A stretch of DNA of 64,000 nt from an uncultured Isosphaeraceae bacterium (GCA_964507445.1 CAZDQF010000020.1:6528-70527); one strand, 5' to 3'; counted from the first letter of the stretch, positions 10,090 through 22,007 are shown. The notes: generated by a model from the sequence alone, not told the origin. Numbers and translations are program-made.

Positions 10090-12353
10090 GCTTCCCTCCT
10101 TCGAGAACGCATGCCGAAGATCTGAGACAGGGCGGTCTCGATGGCCAGCACGGCGGCGCCGAACAACAGGAACCACCACCAGCTTCGGCTGGACCGGTCA
10201 GAGGCGGTGGCCTCCTCCACACCTTCGATGCCGTCCAGGAACCGCACGCCCTCGCCGGGGAAGCTGGCGACGATGTAGTCCTCGTCCACGCGGGACAGGT
10301 CCGACTCCTCGGCGTCCACGTTGACCGCGATGTGGATGGGGTTGGGGTCCTTGAGCTCTGCCTCACCCGTGCGTTGGAGGTCCAGCCGGTAGGTGCCGGC
10401 CTTGTCGAGGTTGCCCGTCTTGATCTCGTAGCCCCGCTCGTCTTCGACGGCCAGGGGCTTGACCACGCTCAGCTGTTCCCCGTCTCTCGAGATGACGACC
10501 TCCTGGACGAAGGAGCGGAGCAGGCGCTCGTAGGATTGCCCCACGAGCAGGTTCTCGTGACGCTCCTCCTTGCGGGTGAGGTAGTAGGACAACTCGCGGG
10601 CGAGCAGCAGGTACGTCGGCAGCGACTGCATCCCGTTCCAGTTCTCGTCGCCGCCGGCGGTGGCGAACAGGATGCAGCGTCCCTTGCCCAGCACCTTCTC
10701 CAGGATGAGCGGCTCCGGCGTGGGCAGCGCGGCCTTCGGTCGGTCAAGGTAGGCGAGCACCGACACCGCCGGGTCGTCCGGGACCTCGACGCGGTAGTAG
10801 CGGTAGACCGGCGTGGCCACCGTCAACCAGACGGAGATGGCCGGGTCGGCGAAGTAGCTGAGCGCCGGGTGTTCCAGGTTGGGACGGGTGATCTGGAACG
10901 GGAGGTCCATGAACATGTCCTCGCCCGCCGCCGCCCGCAGCTTGGCAGGCAGGACGCCCTCGCCGTTGCGGTAGAGCCGCTCGTTGGCGGTGGTGGCCTG
11001 GGTCTTGTCGCCGACGAACACCAGCAGGCCCCCACCTGCTTCGACGAAGCTCTGGATGTCTGCCGCCCGTCGCGGAGAGATCAGGGCCACGTCCATCAGC
11101 ACCAGCAGGTCCACCTCCTTCAGGTCGGCGCTGTCGAAGCCCACCTCCTGGACCACCTCGAGCTCGAAGTCGCTCCCGGAATCCCGGTCACCACCGGGGC
11201 TCATGGCGGCGCTGAAGAAGAACGACTCGGACTCGCCCGGCTCCGGGCTGGGGTCGCCGTCCACGACGAGGGTCTTGATCTTGCGGCGCACCTCGAGGGC
11301 GAGGCCCCTGCGGTTGTCCTTCGCCAGGCTGTCGGACCGGAACCGGGCCTCCACGTAGTGGCTGCCGGCGGACCGGAACGGCTGACGGAACTCGACGGAG
11401 TAGAGGCCTCCCGGCGGGATGGCCTCCACGTCCCGGAGGTCCACGGGCTCCGACGCACCGTCCACGAAGAGGTGCACCGCGCCGCCCTGGGGGCGGCTGC
11501 CGAAGTTCTGCAAGGTGACCGTGATCGCCGCCGGAGTGCCCGTCACCACGGCCTTGCTGCGCTTGGACACGGAGATGATGGCCACGTTGTCCGTGGTGGT
11601 GTCCGCCGGGCCCACGATGTTCAGCGTCGCCTTCCGCGCGCGCACCTCCTGGACCAGGGAAGCCAGAAGCTGCTGCGGCGGCGCCGCGTCGCCCTCCTGG
11701 TCCTCCTGCGCCACGTCCGAGGGCGGAGCGAACCCCACCTTCTGAAGGTCGGAGAAGACGAACACCTCGGCCCCCTCCTCCAGGTCGTCGAGGGCGGCCA
11801 CGGTCGAGCGCAGGGCGCCGATGAGATCGGTCGCGCCGTCCCCCGCGTCCATCCCGTCCACGACCGTGAGGACGCGGTCCAGATCGGACACCTGCTTGAG
11901 GACGAGGCTCGCAGGCTTTCCGGCGGTCACCAGGGTCACGGAGTCACCCCGCTCCTGTTGCAGCCCCTCGATGAGCTCGCGGACCTGCCGTTTGGCCCGG
12001 CTCATGGGAGTGCCGCCGTCGGACTCGGCCAGGGACATGCTGAAGCTGTCGTCCACCACCACCACCACCTCGCGGGGGCCGCCGCCCAGACCGCCGATGA
12101 TGGCGCCAGGGTTCAGGCGCGGGGCGGCGAGGGCCAGCACGAACAGCAGGATGGCCAGGATGCGCAGCAGCAGCAACAACAGGTGCTCGAGGCGGATCCG
12201 CCGCTGCGTCTTCTTGAACGCCCGCAGCAGAAACTCCATGGCGGCCCAGGGGACCTTCTTGTAGCGCTGCCGTGCGAACAGGTGGATGAGGATGGGGATG
12301 GCCGCGGCGCCGCCCCACAACAGCATGCTCGGGATTCCAAAGAGGCTCCCCAT
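10086..12353 (-). CDS. BatA-N-terminal-domain / vWA-like membrane protein
   Basis: The N-terminus is MLLWGGAAAIPILIHLFARQRYKKVPWAAMEFL (aerotolerance regulator BatA N-terminal signature). It also carries VVVVVDDSFSMS. It sits directly after DUF58 and MoxR. Confidence 0.8.
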   Translation of the reverse strand: MGSLFGIPSMLLWGGAAAIPILIHLFARQRYKKVPWAAMEFLLRAFKKTQRRIRLEHLLLLLLRILAILLFVLALAAPRLNPGAIIGGLGGGPREVVVVVDDSFSMSLAESDGGTPMSRAKRQVRELIEGLQQERGDSVTLVTAGKPASLVLKQVSDLDRVLTVVDGMDAGDGATDLIGALRSTVAALDDLEEGAEVFVFSDLQKVGFAPPSDVAQEDQEGDAAPPQQLLASLVQEVRARKATLNIVGPADTTTDNVAIISVSKRSKAVVTGTPAAITVTLQNFGSRPQGGAVHLFVDGASEPVDLRDVEAIPPGGLYSVEFRQPFRSAGSHYVEARFRSDSLAKDNRRGLALEVRRKIKTLVVDGDPSPEPGESESFFFSAAMSPGGDRDSGSDFELEVVQEVGFDSADLKEVDLLVLMDVALISPRRAADIQSFVEAGGGLLVFVGDKTQATTANERLYRNGEGVLPAKLRAAAGEDMFMDLPFQITRPNLEHPALSYFADPAISVWLTVATPVYRYYRVEVPDDPAVSVLAYLDRPKAALPTPEPLILEKVLGKGRCILFATAGGDENWNGMQSLPTYLLLARELSYYLTRKEERHENLLVGQSYERLLRSFVQEVVISRDGEQLSVVKPLAVEDERGYEIKTGNLDKAGTYRLDLQRTGEAELKDPNPIHIAVNVDAEESDLSRVDEDYIVASFPGEGVRFLDGIEGVEEATASDRSSRSWWWFLLFGAAVLAIETALSQIFGMRSRRREA

Positions 12354-12356
12354 GAG

Positions 12357-13255
12357 CTACCGGGCTCCCGTCCGCTGGGCCAGATAGGTGCTGAGGGCGA
12401 CGTCCAGGGAGCGCGAGGTGTCGAGCACCACGTAGTCCATGCGCCCGCCGATGCAGGCTGACTTGATGCGCGTCTGGAACTCGGTCAGCTCCTTCTGGTA
12501 GGCCTCCCTCAGCGCCCTCGGGTCCGCCAGCACGCGGGCGTCCACCTCGAGGCCCTCGAAGCGGGTCATGCGTTCGAACGGGAACTCCAGCTCGTCCTTG
12601 TCCAGGACGTGGAACACGATGACGTCATGGCCGCGATGGGCCATCCGGTGCAGACCGCGCAGGATGCCGTCTTCGTTCTCGTCGAACAGGTCGCTGAGCA
12701 CGATCACGAGGCTCTTGGTGCGCAGCCGTTCGGCGATCTCGTTGAAGATGGTCCCCAGGTCCGTCTCTCCGTCCGGCTCCTGCCCGGAGAGCTCGGACAG
12801 GCAGTTTCGGAAGTGCGCCTGGCTGCTGGACGGGGGAAGGAACGTGCGCACGCCTTCGCCGAAGGTCACCAGGGCGCCCGCGTCCCGCTGCTTCTGCACC
12901 AGATACAGCAGCGCCGCCGCCACGAACTTGGAGTAGTCGAGCTTGGTGACCTCGTCGGACCCGTAGGCCATGGACTTGGAGGTGTCCACCACCACGTAGG
13001 CCTTCAGGTTGGTCTCTTCCTCGAACTCCTTGATGTAGTAGCGGTCGCTCTTGGCGTAGACCTTCCAGTCCAGGTAGCGGATGTCGTCGCCGGGGACGTA
13101 CTCCCGGTGCTCCGCGAACTCCACGGACGATCCCTTGTAGGGGGACTCGTGCAGCCCGGACATGAACCCCTCGACGATCAGGCGCGCCTTGACCTCGAGG
13201 TTCCCGACCTTGTTCAGGACCTTGGGGTCGAGGTACTTGCTGTAGTCCTCAGCCA

Positions 13256-13256
<1 letters not shown>
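12357..13256 (-). CDS. DUF58 family protein (MoxR-associated, vWA-like)
   Basis: Motifs seen: GLHESPYKGSSVEFAEHREYVPGDDIRYLDWKVYAKSDRYYIKEFEEE (canonical DUF58 core). Its start shares one nucleotide with the MoxR stop (TGATG). Confidence 0.9.
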
Positions 13257-14284
<1,028 letters not shown>

Positions 14285-14410
14285 CTGGTGAGCCTCGTTT
14301 CGCTGTTGCGGGGAGTTCGGGAGTCTAACAACGGATGGCTTCGGTCAGCCGCGGTTCGTCTTCGGGCGCCGGCGGGCCCGGGCTCGCTGCCCCCCCCGTA
14401 GGGGTGGGGG

Positions 14411-14710
14411 TTACCGGTCCCGTCCTGGCGGGTCCACCGCCACGCGACCGCGTTCCACGCGATCGTGCCGCTGGAGGGCCCCCTTGACGGCCGCCGGGTC
14501 ATCCCGTCGGAGCAGCTCGATCTCTGTCTTTGACCGATCTATGTCCTTGCGAAGGCTTATCTTACGGTCACTGAGGTCGTCCACGAGGCGGTCGCTCTCG
14601 AGCCGCTCACCGCGCGCCTCCAGGCCCTCGAAGAAGAGCCAGATCCCCAGAACCAGGACGCAGACCCAGAGCACGGTCTTCATGCTGCCGGCCCGCCGCT
14701 CCTCGGCCAT
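14411..14710 (-). CDS. small bitopic coiled-coil protein, FtsB/DivIC (septum formation initiator)-like
   Basis: It has one TM helix (VLWVCVLVLGIWLFF) followed by a coiled coil. It lies immediately downstream of eno, a synteny known for ftsB in many bacteria. There is no strong sequence motif, and the start could instead be the internal MKTVLW. Confidence 0.45.
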   Translation of the reverse strand: MAEERRAGSMKTVLWVCVLVLGIWLFFEGLEARGERLESDRLVDDLSDRKISLRKDIDRSKTEIELLRRDDPAAVKGALQRHDRVERGRVAVDPPGRDR

Positions 14711-14761
14711 GGCTCCTCCCCTCCACGGACATCCGGGACCCGGAGGATACCCGAAGTCGTC

Positions 14762-16063
<1,302 letters not shown>

Positions 16064-16079
16064 TTATCCTGGCCAGCCC

Positions 16080-16811
16080 ATGTACCTGAGCAAGAAGCCC
16101 TACACACGAGACGAGGTGTTGTTCCTCATCTTCGCCTCGGCTTTCAGCGTCCTGTTGGTCCTGACCAACATCGTCGGCGTGAAGCTGTTCCTGTCGCCCT
16201 GGCGAGGGGACACCCTGACCACCGGGATCATCACGTACCCGCTCACGTTCTGGTTGACGGACGTGGTCTCGGAGATCTGGGGCAAGCGCCGCGCCAACTT
16301 CATGGTCATCATCGGCTTCGGCATGAGCTTCCTGATGCTCGCCGTGGTTCAGATCGCCCTGCACGTGAACGGCTCCCCCGCCTGGGTCGCTCCGGAGAAC
16401 CGCTTCGGATACGAGGACGTGTCTCAGTATCAGAACGCGTTCGAGTCCGTCTTCGCCATCAACGGCAAGCTCCTGTTCGGGTCCATGCTCGCCTACATGT
16501 GCGCTCAGCTATGGGACGTCCGCGTCTATCACACGCTGAAACGGTGGACGAAGGGCAAGCACCTGTGGCTGCGCAACAACGGCTCGACCATGACGTCCCA
16601 GCTGATCGACACCGCCATCGTCAACTCGATCCTCTTCTACTGGGGATTCGGGATGGAGTTCTGGCTCGGCGTCGAGATCATGCTGACCATCTACATCTAC
16701 AAGATGATCCTGGCGGCCATCGACACGCCCTTCATCTACCTCGGGGTCCATGTCATCAAGCGGTACCTGGGATTGAAGGACCCCGTCCCTGAACCTGCGA
16801 GGGGATCATGA
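16080..16811 (+). CDS. yhhQ: VUT/YhhQ-family (DUF165) membrane transporter, queuosine-precursor transporter-like
   Basis: I trimmed the start to MYLSKKPYTRDEVLF at 16080. Motifs seen: TYPLTFWLTDVVSEIWGKRRA and RNNGSTMTSQLIDTAIV, which are typical of YhhQ. It is a polytopic membrane protein. Confidence 0.85.
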   Translation: MYLSKKPYTRDEVLFLIFASAFSVLLVLTNIVGVKLFLSPWRGDTLTTGIITYPLTFWLTDVVSEIWGKRRANFMVIIGFGMSFLMLAVVQIALHVNGSPAWVAPENRFGYEDVSQYQNAFESVFAINGKLLFGSMLAYMCAQLWDVRVYHTLKRWTKGKHLWLRNNGSTMTSQLIDTAIVNSILFYWGFGMEFWLGVEIMLTIYIYKMILAAIDTPFIYLGVHVIKRYLGLKDPVPEPARGS

Positions 16812-18199
16812 ACCTGATCTTCGACTGGTCCGGGACCCTGGCCGACGACGAACGCCTGACGTTCGAGCTGACGCGGGACTGCGTCGCCCACTTCGGCGGC
16901 GGCGACCTCGACTGGGAGGCCTACCGATCGGAGTTCACGATCCCGGTGGACCGGTTCTACGGGAGCCGGTGCCCCGGTACGGACATCGCCGAGATCGACC
17001 GGTGGTTCTTTGAGTCCTACGGGGAGCGGCTCGGTGAGGTGGCGCTGTTCGACGGCGTCGCGCAGCTGCTGGGGGAGGCCGTCAGGGAGCACCGCCTGTT
17101 CATCCTCTCCACCCTGAAGACCGACCTGATCGCCGGAGCCCTGTCGCGATTGGGCCTGGCGGACCTGTTCGAGGAGGTTGTGGGGGACGCGTTCGACAAG
17201 CGGGATCACCTGCCGTCGTTGATCCGACGACACGGGCTCGAGCCCATGGAGACCCTGTTCTTCGGCGACACCACCCACGATGTGGAGGCGGGACGGGCCA
17301 GCGGTTTGCAGACCGCGGCCGTGACCTGGGGTTATACGGAGTCCTCGGTGCTGGAAGGCTCCCGGCCCGACCACCTGTTCCGCCGCGTGCCGGGGGTCGC
17401 CCGTCACCTGCGGGACGAGGCCACCCTGGACGCAGCGGATCGGCCCGTGGCCACGTCCGGGGGCCTCGTGTTCCGCTCCGACGGCCGCGCGCTCTTCATC
17501 AAGACCCGGAAGTGGAGCGACAAGTGGGGGACCCCGGGCGGCAAGATCCAGCGCGGTGAGTCCATGGAGGACGCGTTCCGGCGCGAAGTGGAGGAGGAGA
17601 CCGCGCTGCGGGCCGAGGGTGTCCGGTTCGTCCTCGCGCAGGACGGCGTGGACCTCCCCGAGTTCTACAAGACCAGGCACTTCCTGTTGCTGAACTTCGT
17701 GGCCCACACCGCGGACACGGACGTACGCCTCAACTACGAGGCCAGCGAGTTCAAGTGGGCCACCCTTCCGGAGGCGCGACGCATGGACCTCAACGAGCCG
17801 ACCCGGCGCCTCATCGAACACCTCGGCGCTCGCAGCCACGTCGGCGAGATCTTCGTCAAGGACCTGCGGGTCCGCTGCATCGTGGGCATCTTGCCCCGTG
17901 AGCGGGAGGAGGAGCAGGAGATCCTCGTGGACGTCGAGATGCAGCACGATTTCGCCGCCGCCGCCGCGACGGAAGACGTGACCACGACCGTGGACTACGC
18001 GGAGGTCTCCACGGTGTTGACGGAGTGGATCCAGGAGCGTCGGTTCCAGCTCATCGAGACCATGGCGGTGGAGGGTTGCGACCTCATCCTGGAGCGTTGG
18101 CCGGGGGTCGCCTACGTGCGCCTGACCATCAAGAAACCGGACGCGGTGCCGGCGGCGCGCTACACAGCGGTCACCTTCGACAGGGCTCGGGAGTCATGA
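16808..18199 (+). CDS. three-domain fusion: HAD-superfamily hydrolase + Nudix hydrolase + dihydroneopterin aldolase (FolB)
   Basis: HAD motifs: I LIFDWSGTL and IV FFGDTTHDVEAG. Nudix box: GGKIQRGESMEDAFRREVEEETAL. FolB-like C-terminus: IFVKDLRVRCIVGILPREREEEQEILVDVEM...TVDYAEV...FQLIETMA...VRLTIKKPDAV. It forms ATGA overlaps with both neighbours. Confidence 0.85.
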   Translation: MNLIFDWSGTLADDERLTFELTRDCVAHFGGGDLDWEAYRSEFTIPVDRFYGSRCPGTDIAEIDRWFFESYGERLGEVALFDGVAQLLGEAVREHRLFILSTLKTDLIAGALSRLGLADLFEEVVGDAFDKRDHLPSLIRRHGLEPMETLFFGDTTHDVEAGRASGLQTAAVTWGYTESSVLEGSRPDHLFRRVPGVARHLRDEATLDAADRPVATSGGLVFRSDGRALFIKTRKWSDKWGTPGGKIQRGESMEDAFRREVEEETALRAEGVRFVLAQDGVDLPEFYKTRHFLLLNFVAHTADTDVRLNYEASEFKWATLPEARRMDLNEPTRRLIEHLGARSHVGEIFVKDLRVRCIVGILPREREEEQEILVDVEMQHDFAAAAATEDVTTTVDYAEVSTVLTEWIQERRFQLIETMAVEGCDLILERWPGVAYVRLTIKKPDAVPAARYTAVTFDRARES

Positions 18200-18933
18200 G
18201 GGTGGCGCTGGTGACAGGAGCCGCGAGGCGGCTCGGCCGGGCCCTGGCGACACGGCTGGCGCAGGACGGCTACGCCGTCTGGATCCACTACCGCTCGTCC
18301 GAAGACGACGCCTTGGGGCTGCGGGACGCGTTGCGTGAAGCGGGCGCGACGGCGGACTGTGTGCGCGCCGATCTGTCCACGGAGTCCGGGGTGCGGGACG
18401 TGCTGTCGGCCCTGAAGGCCGGTCCGGGCCGTCTCGACGTGCTGGTGAACAACGTCGGCCGCTACGACGTGGTGGACCCTCTGACCTACGAGACGGCGGC
18501 GTTCGAGGACACGCTGCGCACCAACCTGCTCAGCCCCTTCGACCTGATCCGCGGCGCCATCCCCCTCTTCCCACAGGAGGGGGGGAGCGTGGTGAACATC
18601 GGCTACAGCGGCCTGGCAGCCCTCGCGTCCTCCCCGGACAACCTGGCCTATGTGACGTCCAAGACCGGCCTGCTGCTGATGACCCGCTCCATGGCGGAGG
18701 TGCTGGGGCCGAGAGGTGTGCGGGTGAACATGGTCTCCCCCGGGCAGCTGGACAACAGCGTCGACCTCCCCGACGGGTTCTCGGAGCGGGTGCCCCTGCG
18801 CCGCGCCGGTCGTCTCGACGACGTCTGCGAGGCGGTGTCCTGGCTGGTGGGGGACGGGGCCACCTACGTCACCGGGCAGAACCTGGAGGTGGCGGGCGGC
18901 TACATGATGGGCCTGGACGACGACCGGTCCTAG
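18196..18933 (+). CDS. short-chain dehydrogenase/reductase (SDR), possibly pteridine/dihydromonapterin reductase-like by context
   Basis: I place the start at MRVALVTGAARRLGRA (Rossmann TGxxxxxG) at 18196, overlapping the upstream stop (ATGA). YVTSK provides the catalytic Y-x3-K. The pterin role is inferred only from its position next to FolB. Confidence 0.85.
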   Translation: MRVALVTGAARRLGRALATRLAQDGYAVWIHYRSSEDDALGLRDALREAGATADCVRADLSTESGVRDVLSALKAGPGRLDVLVNNVGRYDVVDPLTYETAAFEDTLRTNLLSPFDLIRGAIPLFPQEGGSVVNIGYSGLAALASSPDNLAYVTSKTGLLLMTRSMAEVLGPRGVRVNMVSPGQLDNSVDLPDGFSERVPLRRAGRLDDVCEAVSWLVGDGATYVTGQNLEVAGGYMMGLDDDRS

Positions 18934-19065
18934 GGAGCCTGTGCCCCTTCCGCGGGCGGCGCCCGTGCTCCGGCGTGCTCTCCGGTGATTTGGCAGCGCC
19001 GATCCCCGGGACCTGATAGCGCCACCGGCGCGGGTCTCTGATAGAAGAGTCTCAGGGGGTAACCA

Positions 19066-19644
19066 ATGGAGCCGCTCCTATTCGTCGGCGTCCCGATCCT
19101 CATTGTCCTCATCTGGTTGATCGGCACCTGGAACGGCCTCGTCCGTCTGCGCAACCACTGCGACGAGTCCTGGTCCGGTATCGACACCGAGCTCAAGCGT
19201 CGACATGACCTCATCCCGAACCTGGTGGAGGTGGTGAAGGGTTACGCCAAGCACGAGCGGGAGACGTTCGAAGCCGTGGTGGCGGCGCGCACCCTGGCCC
19301 AGTCCGAGATGGGCACGCCGTCCCAGCAGGCTGACGCAGAGAACGGACTCGTCCGCGCCTTGCGGGGCCTGTTCTTCGTGTCCGAGTCATACCCGGACCT
19401 GAAGGCCAGCGAGAACTTTCTGTCCCTCCAGCGTCAACTCTCCAACACCGAGGACCGCATCCAATCGGCGCGGCGTTTCTACAACGCCAACGTCCGCGAC
19501 ATGAACAACCGCGTGGAGTCCTTCCCCTCCAGCATCGTTGCAGGCATGGGCGGGTTCAGGCGGCGCGAGTTCTTCGAGGTGGAGGACGCGGGGGTGCGCG
19601 CGGTGCCGCAGGTGGATCTGGGGGCGGGAGACCCAGGGGCATGA
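19066..19644 (+). CDS. lemA: LemA family membrane protein
   Basis: It has an N-terminal TM helix, then WNGLVRLRNHCDESWSGIDTELKRRHDLIPNLVEVVKGYAKHE and RRFYNANVRDMN. Confidence 0.9.
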   Translation: MEPLLFVGVPILIVLIWLIGTWNGLVRLRNHCDESWSGIDTELKRRHDLIPNLVEVVKGYAKHERETFEAVVAARTLAQSEMGTPSQQADAENGLVRALRGLFFVSESYPDLKASENFLSLQRQLSNTEDRIQSARRFYNANVRDMNNRVESFPSSIVAGMGGFRRREFFEVEDAGVRAVPQVDLGAGDPGA

Positions 19645-20360
19645 TGTTGCTGCAGTCGAGCGACACCTTCACGACCCTGATCGTGATCGGTGGGGTGATC
19701 GTGATCGGCGCGGCGATCTTGGCGCACCTCGCGGAGCATAAGCGTAGGAAGACCCTCGCCGCGTGGGCGTCTCGCGGTGGCCTGACGTTCAGCCCGGCTC
19801 GTGACGGGTCCATGGACAACCGCTACCCCGAGTTCGATTGTCTCCACGAGGGTTCGAAGCGCTATGCCTTCAACATCATGCGCGGGACCTGGGAGGGCCG
19901 TCGTCTCGTCGCTTTCGACTATCACTACGAGACGTACTCGTCAGGTTCCAAGGGTCGCCGCAGGACGCATCATCACCACTTCTCCGCGGCCATCATCGAC
20001 CCGGGCTACCCGCTGAAGCCTCTCTTCATCCGCCCGGAGGGGTTCTTCGACAAGGTGAAGGCGGCGTTCGGCTACGACGACATCGACTTCGAATCGGCGG
20101 AGTTCAGCAAGCGCTTCTTCGTCAAGTCTCCGGATCGGAAGTGGGCGTATGACGTGATCCACACCCGCACCATGGCGTATCTGCTGTCGGCGCCACGCCA
20201 CTCCTTGGAGTTCGACCATCGCGCGGTCATCGTGTGGAACAGGGGGCGGTGGTCGCCGCCGCAATTCGAAGCGGCCATCGGCGTCATCGACGGGGTGCTG
20301 GACCGCCTCCCGGACTACCTGGTCGAGCAGCAACGGGGTCTCCAGGACCCGGGCACGTGA
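19641..20360 (+). CDS. membrane-anchored hypothetical protein, LemA-associated (DUF3137-like; tentative)
   Basis: It forms an ATGA overlap with lemA. It has an N-terminal TM helix and a conserved-looking core (FDYHYETYS....HHHHFSAAII, FESAEFSKRFFV). The family assignment is from memory of LemA neighbourhoods and is unverified. Confidence 0.55.
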   Translation: MMLLQSSDTFTTLIVIGGVIVIGAAILAHLAEHKRRKTLAAWASRGGLTFSPARDGSMDNRYPEFDCLHEGSKRYAFNIMRGTWEGRRLVAFDYHYETYSSGSKGRRRTHHHHFSAAIIDPGYPLKPLFIRPEGFFDKVKAAFGYDDIDFESAEFSKRFFVKSPDRKWAYDVIHTRTMAYLLSAPRHSLEFDHRAVIVWNRGRWSPPQFEAAIGVIDGVLDRLPDYLVEQQRGLQDPGT

Positions 20361-20369
20361 TGACACGGA

Positions 20370-21140
20370 ATGTCGGTGCCCGCGGCCTTTTCCCGCCTGA
20401 GCGCCGCGCGTAGCATGGCGGTTCCCATGCGTATTCCCCTGACGGTCCACGGCCTCTTCGAGGTCTTCCTGTTCAGCGCCCTGCTGCTCGGCACCGCTGC
20501 CGTGGGGGCGCTCTGGGTGGAGGGGCCAGGCGGCTGGGTCATGGCCGGGATCGCCCTGGCCACCTGGCTGTTCATCATGAACTTCTTTAGGGATCCCAAC
20601 CGCGTTCCGGAGGCGGCCGGACCAGGCGTGGTCATCGCGCCGGCAGACGGCAAGGTCACGGACATCATCACCGTGGAGGACGTGCCCTTCGTCGGCGGGC
20701 CCGCCACCCGCATCGGGATCTTCCTCTCGGTCTTCGACGTCCACGTGAACCGGTCTCCCGTGTCGGGTGTGGTCGCGCACCTCGAGCATCGTCCGGGCGC
20801 GTACCTGGACGCCCGTGACCCGGCCTGCGCCGACCTCAACGAGGCCCAGGACCTGGGGCTCACCGTGGACGACGGCCATGGAGGCACGTTCCCCGTGCTG
20901 GTGCGGCAGATCGCCGGGCTGGTGGCCCGCCGCATCGTCTGCGCGGCCAGGTCGGGGGACGCGTTGGCCGCGGGGCAGCGGTACGGCATGATCAAGGTGG
21001 GCTCCCGCACGGAGGTTTACATCCCCGTGGACCGGGTGGACTCCGTTCATGTGGAGGTGGGAGCGCGGGTCAAGGGAGGTCGCGACCTGATCGCCCGCAT
21101 GAAGGTGGCGGCCGAGGAGCCGGAGGGCGCCCTACAGTGA
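20370..21140 (+). CDS. psd: phosphatidylserine decarboxylase proenzyme (short, membrane-anchored type)
   Basis: Motifs seen: APADGKVTDI and FLSVFDVHVNRSPVSG, plus the self-cleavage-type G-S site in MIKVGSRTEVYIP. It is followed by pssA. Confidence 0.85.
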   Translation: MSVPAAFSRLSAARSMAVPMRIPLTVHGLFEVFLFSALLLGTAAVGALWVEGPGGWVMAGIALATWLFIMNFFRDPNRVPEAAGPGVVIAPADGKVTDIITVEDVPFVGGPATRIGIFLSVFDVHVNRSPVSGVVAHLEHRPGAYLDARDPACADLNEAQDLGLTVDDGHGGTFPVLVRQIAGLVARRIVCAARSGDALAAGQRYGMIKVGSRTEVYIPVDRVDSVHVEVGARVKGGRDLIARMKVAAEEPEGALQ

Positions 21141-22000
21141 AGCGCTTCGAGGTGTCGCTGCAGGACGAGGGCCCGGGCGCGGACCCCGCGGGATCAGGGG
21201 AGGAGCGGCGCCGCAGGACCGGTCGTGCGGTGGAGATGGTCCCGACCCTCGTGACCCTGGGCAACCTGTTCAGCGGGTTCCTGGCCATCGCCTACCTGAC
21301 CGACTCCATGCACTCCCCGGACGCGGCGGCCCGCATCGCGCTGTACGAGAAGGCCATCTGGCTCATCTTCCTGGCCATGTTCTTCGACGCCGTGGACGGC
21401 TGGGTCGCGCGGCGCATGGGCTCCGCGTCGGACTTCGGCGCCCAGGTGGACTCCATCTGTGACGCCATCAGCTTCGGCGCCGCGCCGGCCCTCCTGTTCA
21501 AGGTCATGTGCCAGGAGAGCGAGCGCGGCATGGGGGACGGCATCGGGCAGCGGGTCTCCCTGGTCCTGGCGGTCACGTTCCTCGCCTGCGCCGTGCTCCG
21601 TCTGGCTCGCTTCAACCTTGAGACGGACTCGGACGAGTCCGCGCACCGGGCCTTCGAGGGGCTGCCGACACCTGCCGCCGCGGCCTGCATCGCGTCTCTC
21701 GGCTTCGCCAACATCTCCCTCGATCCGGAGGCCGGACGTTCCTGGATCTACCAGGGCCTCCCGTTCCTCATGCCCGTGCTCGCCTTCCTCATGGTGAGCC
21801 GTCTGCCCTACGTCCACGCGGCCAGCTGGCTGCTACGACGGAAGACGTTTCCGAACCTGGTGCTGTTGCTGTTCCTGCTGGCGGTCATCGTGCTGAACCC
21901 GGAGGTCATGGTCCCCGGGGTGTGCTTCGGCTTCGTGGCCTGGGGACCGTTGGTGTGGCTGGTCCGCCGTTTCCAGGGACGGGAAGACCCCGTGGTCTGA
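21137..22000 (+). CDS. pssA: CDP-diacylglycerol--serine O-phosphatidyltransferase
   Basis: It carries the CDP-alcohol phosphatidyltransferase motif DAVDGWVARRMGSASDFGAQVDSICDAISFG. The GTG at 21137 overlaps the psd stop (GTGA). An internal ATG at 21236 (MVPTLVTLGNLF) is an alternative start. Confidence 0.85.
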   Translation: MKRFEVSLQDEGPGADPAGSGEERRRRTGRAVEMVPTLVTLGNLFSGFLAIAYLTDSMHSPDAAARIALYEKAIWLIFLAMFFDAVDGWVARRMGSASDFGAQVDSICDAISFGAAPALLFKVMCQESERGMGDGIGQRVSLVLAVTFLACAVLRLARFNLETDSDESAHRAFEGLPTPAAAACIASLGFANISLDPEAGRSWIYQGLPFLMPVLAFLMVSRLPYVHAASWLLRRKTFPNLVLLLFLLAVIVLNPEVMVPGVCFGFVAWGPLVWLVRRFQGREDPVV

Positions 22001-22007
22001 GCGCGAC

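Noticed and set aside
10332-12461. 709-aa plus-strand ORF.
   Set aside because: It is antisense to the BatA-like and DUF58 genes. It is extremely rich in Arg, Gly, Ala, His and Asp and has no motifs. Such shadow ORFs are expected at this GC content. The same reasoning rejects 129..584, 593..1237, 1265..1891, 2461..3723, 5086..6378, 6640..7611, 8002..9150, 9217..10125, 12609..13571 and 13370..14401.
16736-17947. 403-aa minus-strand ORF.
   Set aside because: It is antisense to the HAD-Nudix-FolB fusion, which has three recognisable domains.
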